Source of the DNA: Octopus sinensis
Taxonomy: Eukaryota
Direction of reading: 5' to 3'
NCBI RefSeq assembly: GCF_006345805.1
Contig: NC_043000.1
Coordinates: forward strand, 109,740,001-109,804,000
DNA: 64,000 nt
The notes under the pieces are model-generated. The model was given only the letters and a program-made list of their open reading frames with translations, was not told the DNA's origin and did not search any database. Positions 1 to 10,880 of this stretch are shown here, piece after piece (positions within the stretch are counted from its first letter, which is position 1; every line of letters begins with the position of its first letter). Made by a program: the position numbers and the translations under genes.

Positions 1-1120
1 CTTTGTCCTTTCATTCTTCACAGGTCAATAACATCCAATGCCAATAATAGGCAGAGACCGATTCCATTCACTGTCCTCCTTTCCCTTCGGATATTGGCCT
101 TGTGCCTAATCAAAACAAATCAATATTACAGTTAATGTTGTGGTTTCAAATTATTTCTCCTCCCCCTCCCTCTCATTCAGAATGTATTTAAGTGTGTGTG
201 TGTGTGTGTGTGTGTGCATGCGTGAGTATTTAAGCTTAAACTGTTATGCAGCAGATGTAAACGTTTGTTTTATTTCTTTAGCCTTTTTTTTTATTGGCAA
301 ATTTATCTGACTGTTTTCTTTATTTTATTTCCTGTTTTAACTTAAATATGTCATTGAGACATGGAAATAGTTCTGTCTTCTTTACAATTTTTAAATAATG
401 TCTTTGAAAATGCTTCGTTTGTTTCCCATCTGTAATGTCAGAATTAAAACAAATCTGAACTTTGCATAACATGTTTCTATCTAGCTTGTTCTTTGAATGG
501 TTTTTAAAAAATCAATGTTTCTAAAGCAAAGCAGTGATTCAATGGTTCTGTTTGGATAGAATCTGTTGAACAAACAGTCCTGTTGATATATATGGGTGTA
601 TAGGAGTGTGGAATGGTAAAATGTGCTTAGTTCAGGGAAACCCCAATGAGTCAGACAAAAGGAGAATTTGGAAACAAGACTAAATATGTATTTATTTTTT
701 TATGTTGAATAAATTTGCCTCTTTGAGATTAATTAGGCGATATGTAATTTTTCTTGAATATTCACTAATTAACAAAATCTAAAAGCAAATGGTTAATTCT
801 AAACAAACACACACACACACATAAATATATACATACTATATATATATAAATTTTACAATTTAAAAATAGGTTATAAAATTTATCAAATAGTTAGCGTTAA
901 AAAACCTCATAAGGGAAAAATTTATTAATTTTTCCCTTTGAATATTTATATTAAGGGTATTACTATACATAAATGCCTCACACTAGGAGGGACCCTTAAA
1001 GTAAAAACTACCATAATAAATAAGTACATTGTACCGAATGCGAGGGAATGCAACTCACGAAGCGAGCCTTTTAAAAACAGATTCAGCCGTAGATCTGCGG
1101 CTGAATATAAATAAAAATAT

Positions 1121-1297
1121 GGCACGTAAAAAACACCCACTACACTCGCGGAGTGGTTGGCGTTAGGAAGGGCATCCAGCCGTAGAAACACTGCCAGATC
1201 TGACTGGGCCTGACGAAACCTTCCAGCTTCACAGACCCCAGTTGACCCGTCCAACCCATGCTAGCATGGAAAGCGGACGCTAAACGATGATGATGAT
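1121..1297 (+). mobile_element. Short RTE 3'-tail copy
   Basis: Nearly identical to 61763-61951 and ends in (GAT)n. Further tails at ~4570-4750, 7848-8160, 11940-12225, 12874-13130, 21400-21590, 23660-24030, 31260-31530, 33730-33990, 36945-37300, 41655-41800 and 48385-48600. Confidence 0.85.
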
Positions 1298-1405
1298 ATA
1301 TAATGTAAGATCTAGGGATCAAGATGTAGGAAGAAAGTTAGCTTCAAGCAATGCGTAGTAAATATAAAAAACAACTTTCAGGGAAAAGTGTGGTTTATTG
1401 AAATG

Positions 1406-1974
1406 GAAGGTTGTAGATTTTTTTTTCCATGTCAATGAGCGATAAGCTGAAGAAAGTTCTTTTTATATTTCATGGTAGGTGACCAGGGTTGCCGGATGTG
1501 CGAATATGAATGGAGTAGAATAGTTAAGGGCAAGGATATCTTGATTAAATGAATATGATACCCTTGGCCTGAAGAGTAGCCTGCGATATACATCCTACAG
1601 TTGGATGCCCTTCCTAATGCCAACCACTATGAGAGTGTAATGGGTGCTTTTACATGCTACTGGCACAGATGCCATTTTCATGACACCAGGGTGCATTTAT
1701 GTGCCACTGGCATGCATGCCAATTTGCATGACATTGGTAGTTGCCACAACTGTGAGTTTGCTTGGCTTGATGGGTCTTCCCATGTACGACATAATGCCAA
1801 ATTTCCGAGATTTCATTTGCTATGAAACATATGTATTCTGGATCTTATCCACCCCTTTCCTTAATTCTTGTATTCTTATTCACACACCCAGCAACCCTGG
1901 TTACCTGCCATGAAATATAAAAAGAACTTTTTTCAGTTTATCATAGTTTGATATGGAAAAAATCCACAACCTTC
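1406..1974. repeat. Long imperfect inverted repeat enclosing an RTE 3' fragment
   Basis: ~1406-1545 pairs with ~1830-1974 (about 80% by eye). An RTE tail/ORF-end fragment occupies ~1596-1815, and a partial direct copy lies at ~2045-2165. Confidence 0.55.
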
Positions 1975-2164
1975 TGTTTACATTGTCGTAAGGGGGTACG
2001 CATTAACGTGTACCCCCTTGCAACAATGTAAACTTTCATTTAATCTAGATACCCATGGCCTGAAGAGTAGCCTGCAGTATACACCCTGCTTGGATATTTA
2101 CCACTTCTAAGGTTCCACTTACTATGAAACATGGATCTTATCTACTCTGTTCCTTAACTCTTGT

Positions 2165-2195
2165 GTATATCTATCTATCTATCTAACTATCTCTC

Positions 2196-2287
<92 letters not shown>
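2165..2287. repeat. Compound (TCTA)n(TA)n microsatellite
   Basis: Directly visible. Confidence 0.95.
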
Positions 2288-2288
<1 letters not shown>

Positions 2289-2663
2289 GACGTATATTTA
2301 CCATTTAAACATGGCTAACCCCTAAGGGTGGATGCTACTGTAGTTTGTAGCCCCAGGAGGACACCTCCTCCAGCTGGCTATAGACACACTTTCTGTGCCC
2401 TATCAGTATTTGCAAAGGGAAGCCATCCTTCCCGTCTTCAGCTTATGATACACACGGACTCGAGTTTCTGGGTATTGACCCGTCATCGGCATGTGACAAT
2501 CACAGTTGTCGATGAAAAGTAGGTTCCCTTACATATCCTTTTTCCAGTATCGTACAGACACTGATATCGAAAAAGTGTAAACAAGCAATAATAAATGGGA
2601 CTACAAACTACAGTAGCATCCACCCTTAGGGGTTAGCCATGTTTAAATGGCAAATATACGTCA
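2288..2663. mobile_element. MITE-like / fold-back element with 68-bp terminal inverted repeats
   Basis: Arms 2288-2355 and 2596-2663 differ at 2 of 68 positions. Ends are TG...CA and no TSD is visible. Confidence 0.62.
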
Positions 2664-2712
2664 CGATGTGTTGCAGCTACTGTTTATAACTCGCTCTAAG
2701 ATTTATTATTGC

Positions 2713-2744
<32 letters not shown>

Positions 2745-3110
2745 ATATACATACATACATATATATAAAAGAGCGTGTGTGTGCGCGCATATGTTCGTTA
2801 TGCATTCAAAAATTGAGTTGCTGATTTTGATGAATGGAGTATCAAAAAATTTGGTAATCTTTCATCTACCAAGTAAACTTTATTTTCATTTACATCTTTT
2901 CTACGTTATCTCAACAACCAGCTATAATTATTTGAAAGACACTGCTCCAGAATGACCAGATTTCAATAGAAAGTAAAAATAGTTTCACACTTTCAATTAG
3001 AACCAAAATAATAAAGTGTTATCTTACGAGAATGACAATGTGTGAATAATGAAAGTTATGTTTCTCTGAATTAGTCACATTTGTACTATAATAAAGAAAG
3101 CTGCTCATCA

Positions 3111-3150
<40 letters not shown>

Positions 3151-4143
3151 CTACCAAATAAACTATGTTTTTGGCACAACAACTGTTTTTTACTACTAAA
3201 ATAACCTCGGAAATGAGGTCAGATCATACAATTTTGAGTTCATTTTTGGGCAAATTTTGATTTGCTTCTAATATTTCACTTTTATCTGATGTTTCACACA
3301 TGTGTAGAATTCTACTCAGACAAACATTTATGAAAATTTAGGCAAACATTATATCAAAACAAACCACAACCAAAAAACTTTAACTAAAAGACATCCATTT
3401 CTCTATATGTGATGAAGAAATAGTCGGTCACTCTCTCTCTCACATGCACACATACATACAAAAAAGATGTATGCATATGTATTTATGTACGTGCATATGA
3501 AAGATTGTGTGTGAGAGAGAGAGAGAGTGCCACTTGTACATACATGCAAAATAAATACAACACATACTTTCATTCACTCTCTCTCATGCACGCGCGCACA
3601 CACACACATATCAATTTCATATACACATACATACACCTTTCACTTTCTGCTCTCACTTCAAAGCAAATGTTGCCTTTTCACTTTCTCCTGGCTTTCATTT
3701 TCTGCTCTCTTCAAATCATAAAGGAATAAAAAAATTTTCACAAAAAGTAACAAACAATCATATAATCCCATATGATCAAGTTGACAATTTTGCTGCTTCA
3801 AATGAAAAAAATGCCATAAAATAACTTCCTTTGACAGACACGCCCACACACACACACACACACACAAAGGACTTCACATAGTTTCCGTCTACCAAATTCA
3901 CTGACAACGCATTAGATGGCTTGGAGTTATAGTAGAAGACACTTGCATAAGGTACTGTGCAGTGGGACGGAACCTAAGGTTATATGGTTGCAAAATGAGC
4001 TTGTCAGCCGCATGGTCCTGCCTGCACCGAAAGTGTGTGCATTGTTTATGAGTAGACTAGTTTTTCTTGTTTAGTTGCCTGTCGAATACATTTAAATCAT
4101 TGTTTATCTGTGATAAAAAGTATTTCTTTTCATCTTTTGATAG

Positions 4144-4235
4144 AATATGAAGACACTGCAAGTGAGAGAGAAAAACTGTCCAAACCGGTTGTGAATTTAG
4201 TAAGCGTGCACGGATAATTTGAACTTTGAAAAAAG
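4144..4235 (+). other. Candidate non-coding exon
   Basis: Strong donor AAG|GTAAGC at 4236 and a possible acceptor ttttgatAG at 4142-4143. Unique, CpG-retaining sequence. No homology support. Confidence 0.25.
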
Positions 4236-4790
4236 GTAAGCTATTTCTCCTTCGTTTTACTTGTGTTGTTCGTTTGGTGTTGAACTGACAGAATCATTAA
4301 TGCTTTGGAAAAAATACTTGGCGGCATTGCTTCCAGCTCTTTATGTTCAGAGTTCAAATCCCAACAGTGTCAGCTTTGCTGTTTGTTCTTTCAAGGTCAG
4401 CAAAATAAAAGGCTAATCAAGTACTGGGCTCAGTGTAATCGATTGCTCCCTCCTCCAAATGTCGGGCGTTGTCCTTTTATTAGAAAGAATTATTTATTCG
4501 GTGGACTTTGTTCTTTCCTTCACTTGACAATTTACAAAAATAAAATAAATACCAGACGTAATAAATAAGTACTGGGGACAGGCTATTGTCCAGTAGCTGA
4601 AACACGTATATGGTGTCTGGTGGTTGGCATTAGGAAAGGCACCAGCCATAGAAAACCTGCCAAAGCTGAGACTAGAGCTTGGTGCTGCCCTCTGGTGTAT
4701 CAGATCCTGTCCAATCATCCAGCCCAAGCCAGTATGGAAAATGACCATTAACTGAGGAGGAGGAGGAGGATATATTCATGCGCGTACATA

Positions 4791-5194
4791 GGTGCAGGTG
4801 TGGTTGTATGGTAAGAAGCATGTTTCCCAACCTCAGGGTTCCAGGTTCAGTCTCACTGTGTGGAACCTTGGGTAGATGTTTTCTACTCTAGCCTCAGGCC
4901 AACCAATGCCTTTGGTGTGAATTTGGTAAACAGAAACTGCAAGAAGCCTTATATATATACGTATATAAGTGTGTGTGTGCATTTGTGTCTGTCCCCTACT
5001 GCTGCTTCACAACTGGTGTTGGTCCATTTATGTCCCTGTAACTTAGCAGTTCAGCAGAAGAAACCGATAGAATAAGTGTGAGACTTAAAAAAGAAAAACT
5101 AAATACTGGGGTGAATTCATTCAATTAAAATTTCTTCAAGGCAGTGCCCCAGCATGGCCGCAATCCAATGACTGAAGTCAGTAAAAGATAAAAG
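4791..5194 (+). mobile_element. SINE family A copy
   Basis: Collinear with the family consensus. A more diverged copy lies at ~6188-6576. Confidence 0.75.
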
Positions 5195-5377
5195 ACACAC
5201 GCACACACAAATCACCACCCCCATCACCATACGGATAACAGATACTGTCCTAAATTGGAAAGGCTCTAAATTTTAACACCTAAGGCACTTTTACCTTTTT
5301 CTTTGTTTTTTATTCTCTTCTTTTTTCTTTCTTTTGTATCTGATAAACTCACCAGACCCAGTTTAATCTAATATTCA

Positions 5378-5836
5378 TTTCTTTATTGCCCACAGGGGGC
5401 TAAACATAGAGGGGACAAACAAGGACAGCCAAAGGGATTAAGTCGATTGCATCGACCCCAGTGTGTAACTGGTACTTATTTAATTGACCCAGAAAGGAGG
5501 AAATTCAAAGTTAACCTCGGCGGAATTTGAACTCAAAACGGCAGATGAAATACTGCTAAGCATTTCGCCCAGTGTGCTAATGATTCTGCCAGCTCACTGC
5601 CCTTATTCAATCTAATATTCACTTCTACTCTAAGCACAAGGTCTGAAATTTTGGGAGAGGGGGGGTCAGTCAATTAAATCAACCCCAGTACACAACTGGT
5701 ACTTAATTTATCAAGCCCGAAAGGATGAAAGGCAAAGTTGGTCTCGGCAGAATTTGAACTCAGAACATAAAGACAGACAAAATACCACTAAGCATTTCGC
5801 CCGGCGTGCTAACGATTCTGCCATCTTGCAGCCCTT
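5378..5836 (-). mobile_element. Two tandem SINE family C copies (different tail variants)
   Basis: ~5378-5603 and ~5622-5836, each bounded by AATCTAATATT. Confidence 0.78.
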
Positions 5837-8648
5837 ATTCAATCTAATATTGTTTGGAAAAGTTTTTAAACCTGAGAAGATAATTTCCTTCTTTTTGCAG
5901 CAGTCGCAATGTTTGTTGAAGTAATTGCTTAATTACTCATGTAATTACACAGGGTATTTATTTAGTGTAATTATCAATGAAATTAAGCAACAATGTTAAG
6001 AGTTAAAGTTGTTTTTGTTAATTTGTTGTTTCATAATACAGACACTTAAGCTGCACGATGGAATTACCAAAATGCTTATTGACTTTCTCTATCTTTTATA
6101 GTTATTCAATATTTAATTGTGAATTAACATATACTTAGGAGATTAATGTCGTAAACCAAGACTTTAATTAAACCTTGCCAACACAATGGGCACAGGCTTG
6201 GATGTGTGGTTAAGACGTTTGCCTTGCAACCACATGGTTTTGGGGTTCAATCCCACAGTGCAGAAGCTTGGACAAGTGTCTTCTACTATATCCCTGGGTT
6301 AGTCAATGCCTTGTAAGTGAATTTGGTAGATGGAAACTGTGTGAAGCCTCTTGTACGCGTGTGTGTATGTGTCTTTGTGTTTGACCTTCATTTGACAACT
6401 GGTGTTGGTTTGTAGTCATCCTTCTGACTTCACTGTTCAGAAAAAGAGAATGAGAGAAGAAGCACCAAACTTCAATGGAAATAGAAATACGTTCTGAGAG
6501 TGATTTCTTTGATGAAATCCTTCAAAGTGGTGCTCCAGTATGACCACAGTCCAATAACTGAGTAAAAGATAAAAAGTAGTCTCTTTATTGCTATTATATT
6601 TATATGTATGTATGTATGTATGTATATATATATGTGTGTGTGTGTGTGTATATGTATATATATATATATGTGTGTGTATGTGTGTGTATATATATATTAA
6701 TTATTTCAAGGATATAGATACCTCTTAAAGGGATGTCAGCATCCAGGTTCCTTGGTTTCATCCAGCGTATCATTGAAATACTAAAAGATATTAGCTTCAT
6801 ATTGATGGATGTGGGTATCTTACCATTGATGTATAAGAAAAGTTTCCATGTCCAATTGATTCAGATTAGAAGAATTAAATGAAAGATTCATAATGAATTA
6901 GAGTTAATTGAACATTTCGTCAGGGTCAGAACTTGATAGAAAAAGGAATTACATCACAATATGTTGATATGTCCTTGGTAGACTTAAATTCAGATGTGTG
7001 CACTTGTGCATTCTAATGTATTTTTTTTAAAAAAACCATTGCTTGTGTACGTGCAACTTTGTTTTAATTTATTTGTGTATGTGTTAATGTGTTGAAAAAC
7101 AAAGGAGCCATTAGGTTGCCTAAACGATATTTTGATACAATTTATTGTAATTAAAAATATTTATTCTTAATTTTCGTGCATGTGAAGGCAACGAGCTGAC
7201 GGAATTATTAGCACACCAGACCGAATGCTTATTAGCATTTTGTGTCTTTATGGTCTCGAGTTCAAATTCCATCAAAGTTGACTTTGTTCTTCATCCTTTT
7301 GGGGTTGATAAAATAAGGACCAGTCACATACTGGGGTTGATGTAATCAACTAGCACCCACCCCTACCCCTACCCCCACCCAAATTTTCAGGTATTGTGTC
7401 TAATATGTTACATATATGGATGTGTTGTTGTTTTTTCTTAGTCCACATTGACCGTGGCTGAGCTGAGCTAATAGTCCAGCTCAGTTGGTGGGGGGGGGGC
7501 ATGGCTGTGTGATTTGAAGTGGTTCCAGGCTTGCCTCTGGGCCAAGTACCTCCTATCATAACCTCAGGTCATGTTTTAACTGGGCAAGGTTTATGTAATG
7601 GACACATTTCCTATTATATATTACAGAAACCTGATACGGATGTATTAAATGATCGCAAAATATCACTAATTGGCTTCACTTCATTATTACAACTTATACG
7701 ACTTGATGCCAGTACAAACTAACTGGTCCAGGGGTCTGATTCCACTTCTGTGGAGACTAACAAGCGATTGGGAGTGGTTTGTTAGATTTGCCTCAAGTCA
7801 AAAACCCTGGTACCATGCACTGCTTCTTAGCACAACACAATATACACATCATCATCATCATCGTTTAATGTCCGCTTTCCATGCTGGCATAAGTTGGACG
7901 GTTTGACTGAGGACTGGCAAGACAGGAGGCTGCACCAGGCTCCAATCTGATCTGGCAAGGTTTCTACAGCTGGATGTCTTTACTAATGCCAACCACTCTG
8001 AGAGTGTAGTGGATGCTTTTTATGTGTCACAGCACGGGGAGGCTAGTCAGGTGACACTGGCATCGACCACGCTCAAATGGCGCTTTTTATGTGCCACCAC
8101 ATGGGAGCCAGTCAGGTGGCACTGGCATTGGTGGCACTTGAATGCTGCTTTTTATGTGCTAGTTAAATTAAGTTACAACAGGGTCAGATTTTCATGTTTT
8201 TATTATTGTATTTAAAAAATTTTTTGGCAATGTTGAATGTGCCTTTATGCCCAAGACATAAGTGTGTGTATGTGTAGCATCTTTTAAGTAGTGTTATTCT
8301 GCAGATATCCAGATCCAAACTGTAATTGATTGAAAGTGGTAATCCAGTGGGAATCGAACCTACGTCTCCTTTGTTATTACCTCAATGTAATTACCACAAC
8401 ACAATAAGCCATCTTACACTTTCAAATTAAATAATTAACTAAACTGTTTTGATCAAATAACACAGAATACATAATGAAAGGAAGGTGTAATATTACAAGG
8501 CCAATTTTCTGGTGCAGTATTTAATTGCAGAATCATAACAACTGCATACGTAAACACACGCACACATGCAATTATAGATTTACTGAAGAGAGATAAATAA
8601 AGGCATTAGTTTGAACACACACACACACACACGAACATATATATATAT

Positions 8649-8679
<31 letters not shown>

Positions 8680-9519
8680 CTGCATGTATGGTCAGATTAG
8701 GGTTTAAGATGTCGCTGTAATTGCAATAAGATATTGAGAATGCAAAGGCGTGTTTGTTATCAGTAAATCAACATGACACAAACATGACAATGCATTTTTG
8801 ATGATACAAATCTATACCAATAAACATTCTCTCTCTCCCTCTCTCCCTCTCCCCCTCCCTTTCTCTCCCTCTTGCTCTCTCTTGCTCTCTCTCACTCTCC
8901 CTCTCTCTCACTCTCCCTCTCCCTCCCTCTCTCTCTCCATCTCTCTCTCCTCTCATTTAGGTCACCCAAACCCATACAAATGAAAGAAAATACATGGCAG
9001 TCTGGTTTGCTGTGGCCATACCTGTGGTTCAATAATTGGTGGTACTCTGATTCTACCTAACGATTATAATATTATTATTTTTATCATTATGGTGGTAATC
9101 TGAGAGAATTGTTAGTACACCAGACAGAATGCCGACTGGCATTTGTTCCATCTTTGTGTTCTGAGTTCAAATTCTGCCAAAGTCGACTTTGCTTTTCATC
9201 CTTTTAGGGGTCAACAAAATAAGTACCAGTTGATCACTGAGCTTGATGTAATCAAATAGACCCCTCCCTCAAAATTGCTGGCCCTGTGCCTAAATTTGAA
9301 ACCTTTATTATTAGGGTGACAAACTAGCACTTTTGGCAATGTTTAGCAGTATTTTTCTTGGCGTTACAATCTGCCCTCTGAAACCACCAAGGTTAACAAT
9401 GCCATTCATCATTCCATCCTTGATGAAAATGAGAACCAGTTGAGAACTGGTGTTGATGCACTCAACTTTTCCCTTCAAAATTGCTGGCCTTGTACCAAAA
9501 ATTACAAAGAATTATTATT

Positions 9520-9806
9520 TTGGTTTGTCTCAGGTCTGGTCTTATTCCAGGCAGGGATTATGTGGGTAACGGGTTACTACCTGTAACCTTAAGTATCTAC
9601 AAGTTTTCAGCAGACTTTCAAGTACTTAGAACCTTCCTGATAATCGTCGCTGTCCCTAAGAGACAAACTTTTTGTAGGAACTCTACCAGGCATTCTATTT
9701 CAATCTCCTTTGGCCATTTGTCAACACCTTTGCTTACTCTTCCCAGTGCACCAATTATTATAAGCATGACCTCTATCATTCGCATGCACCAAATTCTTCC
9801 TATATC
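9520..9806 (-). mobile_element. RLE-type non-LTR retrotransposon 3' fragment C
   Basis: Open frame 9803-9618 reads IGRIWCMRMIEVMLIIIGALGRVSKGVDKWPKEIEIECLVEFLQKVCLLGTATIIRKVLST*, homologous to but distinct from fragment A. Flanked by (AAT)n/(ACT)n. Confidence 0.78.
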
Positions 9807-9831
9807 ATTATTATTATTATTATTATTATTA

Positions 9832-9862
<31 letters not shown>

Positions 9863-9884
9863 CATTATTATTATTATTCTCCTA

Positions 9885-10147
9885 AATGGTTTATCTGTCT
9901 GTCACAGCTCAACTCCATCCCACAGCTTCGAGATACAACACTTTCCTCAACCCATGAACTGTTCCAAGTTGGTACCACACTCACTTTTGAGGCTCTATGG
10001 ATTCTTTTTCACTTCCAATCCTAACCTTTGATATTTCCCAACTTTCTCGTCCTCTGTCTTAACAATATTTTGGTCATTTAGCTATGTTGATGCAGGTCCA
10101 TTCTTTGGACTCCTTCAGTAGGAAAAAGATATCTGGTCAGTTATGTT
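9885..10147 (-). mobile_element. RLE-type non-LTR retrotransposon fragment B (degenerate)
   Basis: My translation gives HN*PDIFFLLKESKEWTCINIA and, after a frameshift, NDQNIVKTEDEKVGKYQRLGLEV...VSVVP. This is the RPD...E-K..KY restriction-like endonuclease region. Confidence 0.68.
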
Positions 10148-10167
10148 ACACTGTTGTTATTATTATT

Positions 10168-10583
10168 TTGTTTGCCTTTTGCTTTGCATTTGTACAAGTT
10201 GGTTCCAAGTGTCATCCAGAGGCCTCAAGAGAAAACAAGTTAGAAGTTCATGTTGGCATTATGCCTAGGGTGCCATATATTTGGTTCTGTACATAGTGTT
10301 GTTCTAGAGAATGTTTAAGAAACTATAAGAAAATTATGTTTGTTTTAAAATTTGAGATTACATAGACAGTATTTTACATAGGATATGGGCAGTTCCCATG
10401 AGCACTATCTTTTGAATTTCTGCCATTTTGGGGTTTCCTGGTATCTGAGCTAGGTAGCAATCAGCCCTTTTTGCTATCATTCCTAGGGCACCTATGACAA
10501 CTGGTATTGTTTTAGTCTTCAGGTTCCACATTTTGCTGATTTCTATTTCAAGATCTTTATACTTGCTCAGTTTTTGGTAGGCT
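10168..10583 (-). mobile_element. RLE-type (R4/Dong-like) non-LTR retrotransposon 3' fragment A
   Basis: KLSKYKDLEIEISKMWNLKTKTIPVVIGALG...QKIVLMGTAHILCKILSM* (stop 10358-10360) plus a 3'UTR. Bounded by (AAT)n on both sides. Confidence 0.8.
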
Positions 10584-10655
10584 ATTATTATTATCATTAT
10601 TATTATCATCATCATCATCACTATCACTGCCACCACCATCATCATTATCATCATC

Positions 10656-10880
10656 AAGGCAGTGAACTTGCAGAATCGTTAGTACACTGGGTGAAATACT
10701 TAGCGATATTTCATCTGTCCTTACGTTCTGAATTCAAATTCCGCCGAGGTCATCTTTGCCTTTCATCCTTTCGAGGTTGATAAATTAAGTACCAGTTGTG
10801 AACTGGGGTCGATGTAATCAACTAGCTCCCCTCCCCCAAAATTTCAGGCCTTGTGCCTATAGTAGAAAGGATTATTATTA
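10656..10880 (+). mobile_element. tRNA-headed SINE family C, full-length copy
   Basis: AAGGCAGTGAACTTGCAGAATCGTTAG head, B-box-like GAATTCAAATTCC, central GCCTTTCATCCTTTCGAGGTTGATAAATTAAGTACCAGTT...CTGGGGTCGATGTAATC domain, (ATT)n tail. Related copies at ~1-60, 7186-7410, 9086-9310, 13640-13860, 22003-22200, 30470-30660, 31045-31245, 37722-37898 and 50722-50895. Confidence 0.8.

Noticed and set aside
9481-9885. 134-aa plus-strand ORF
   Set aside because: It is the antisense of the RLE fragment plus microsatellite; the meaningful frame is on the minus strand.
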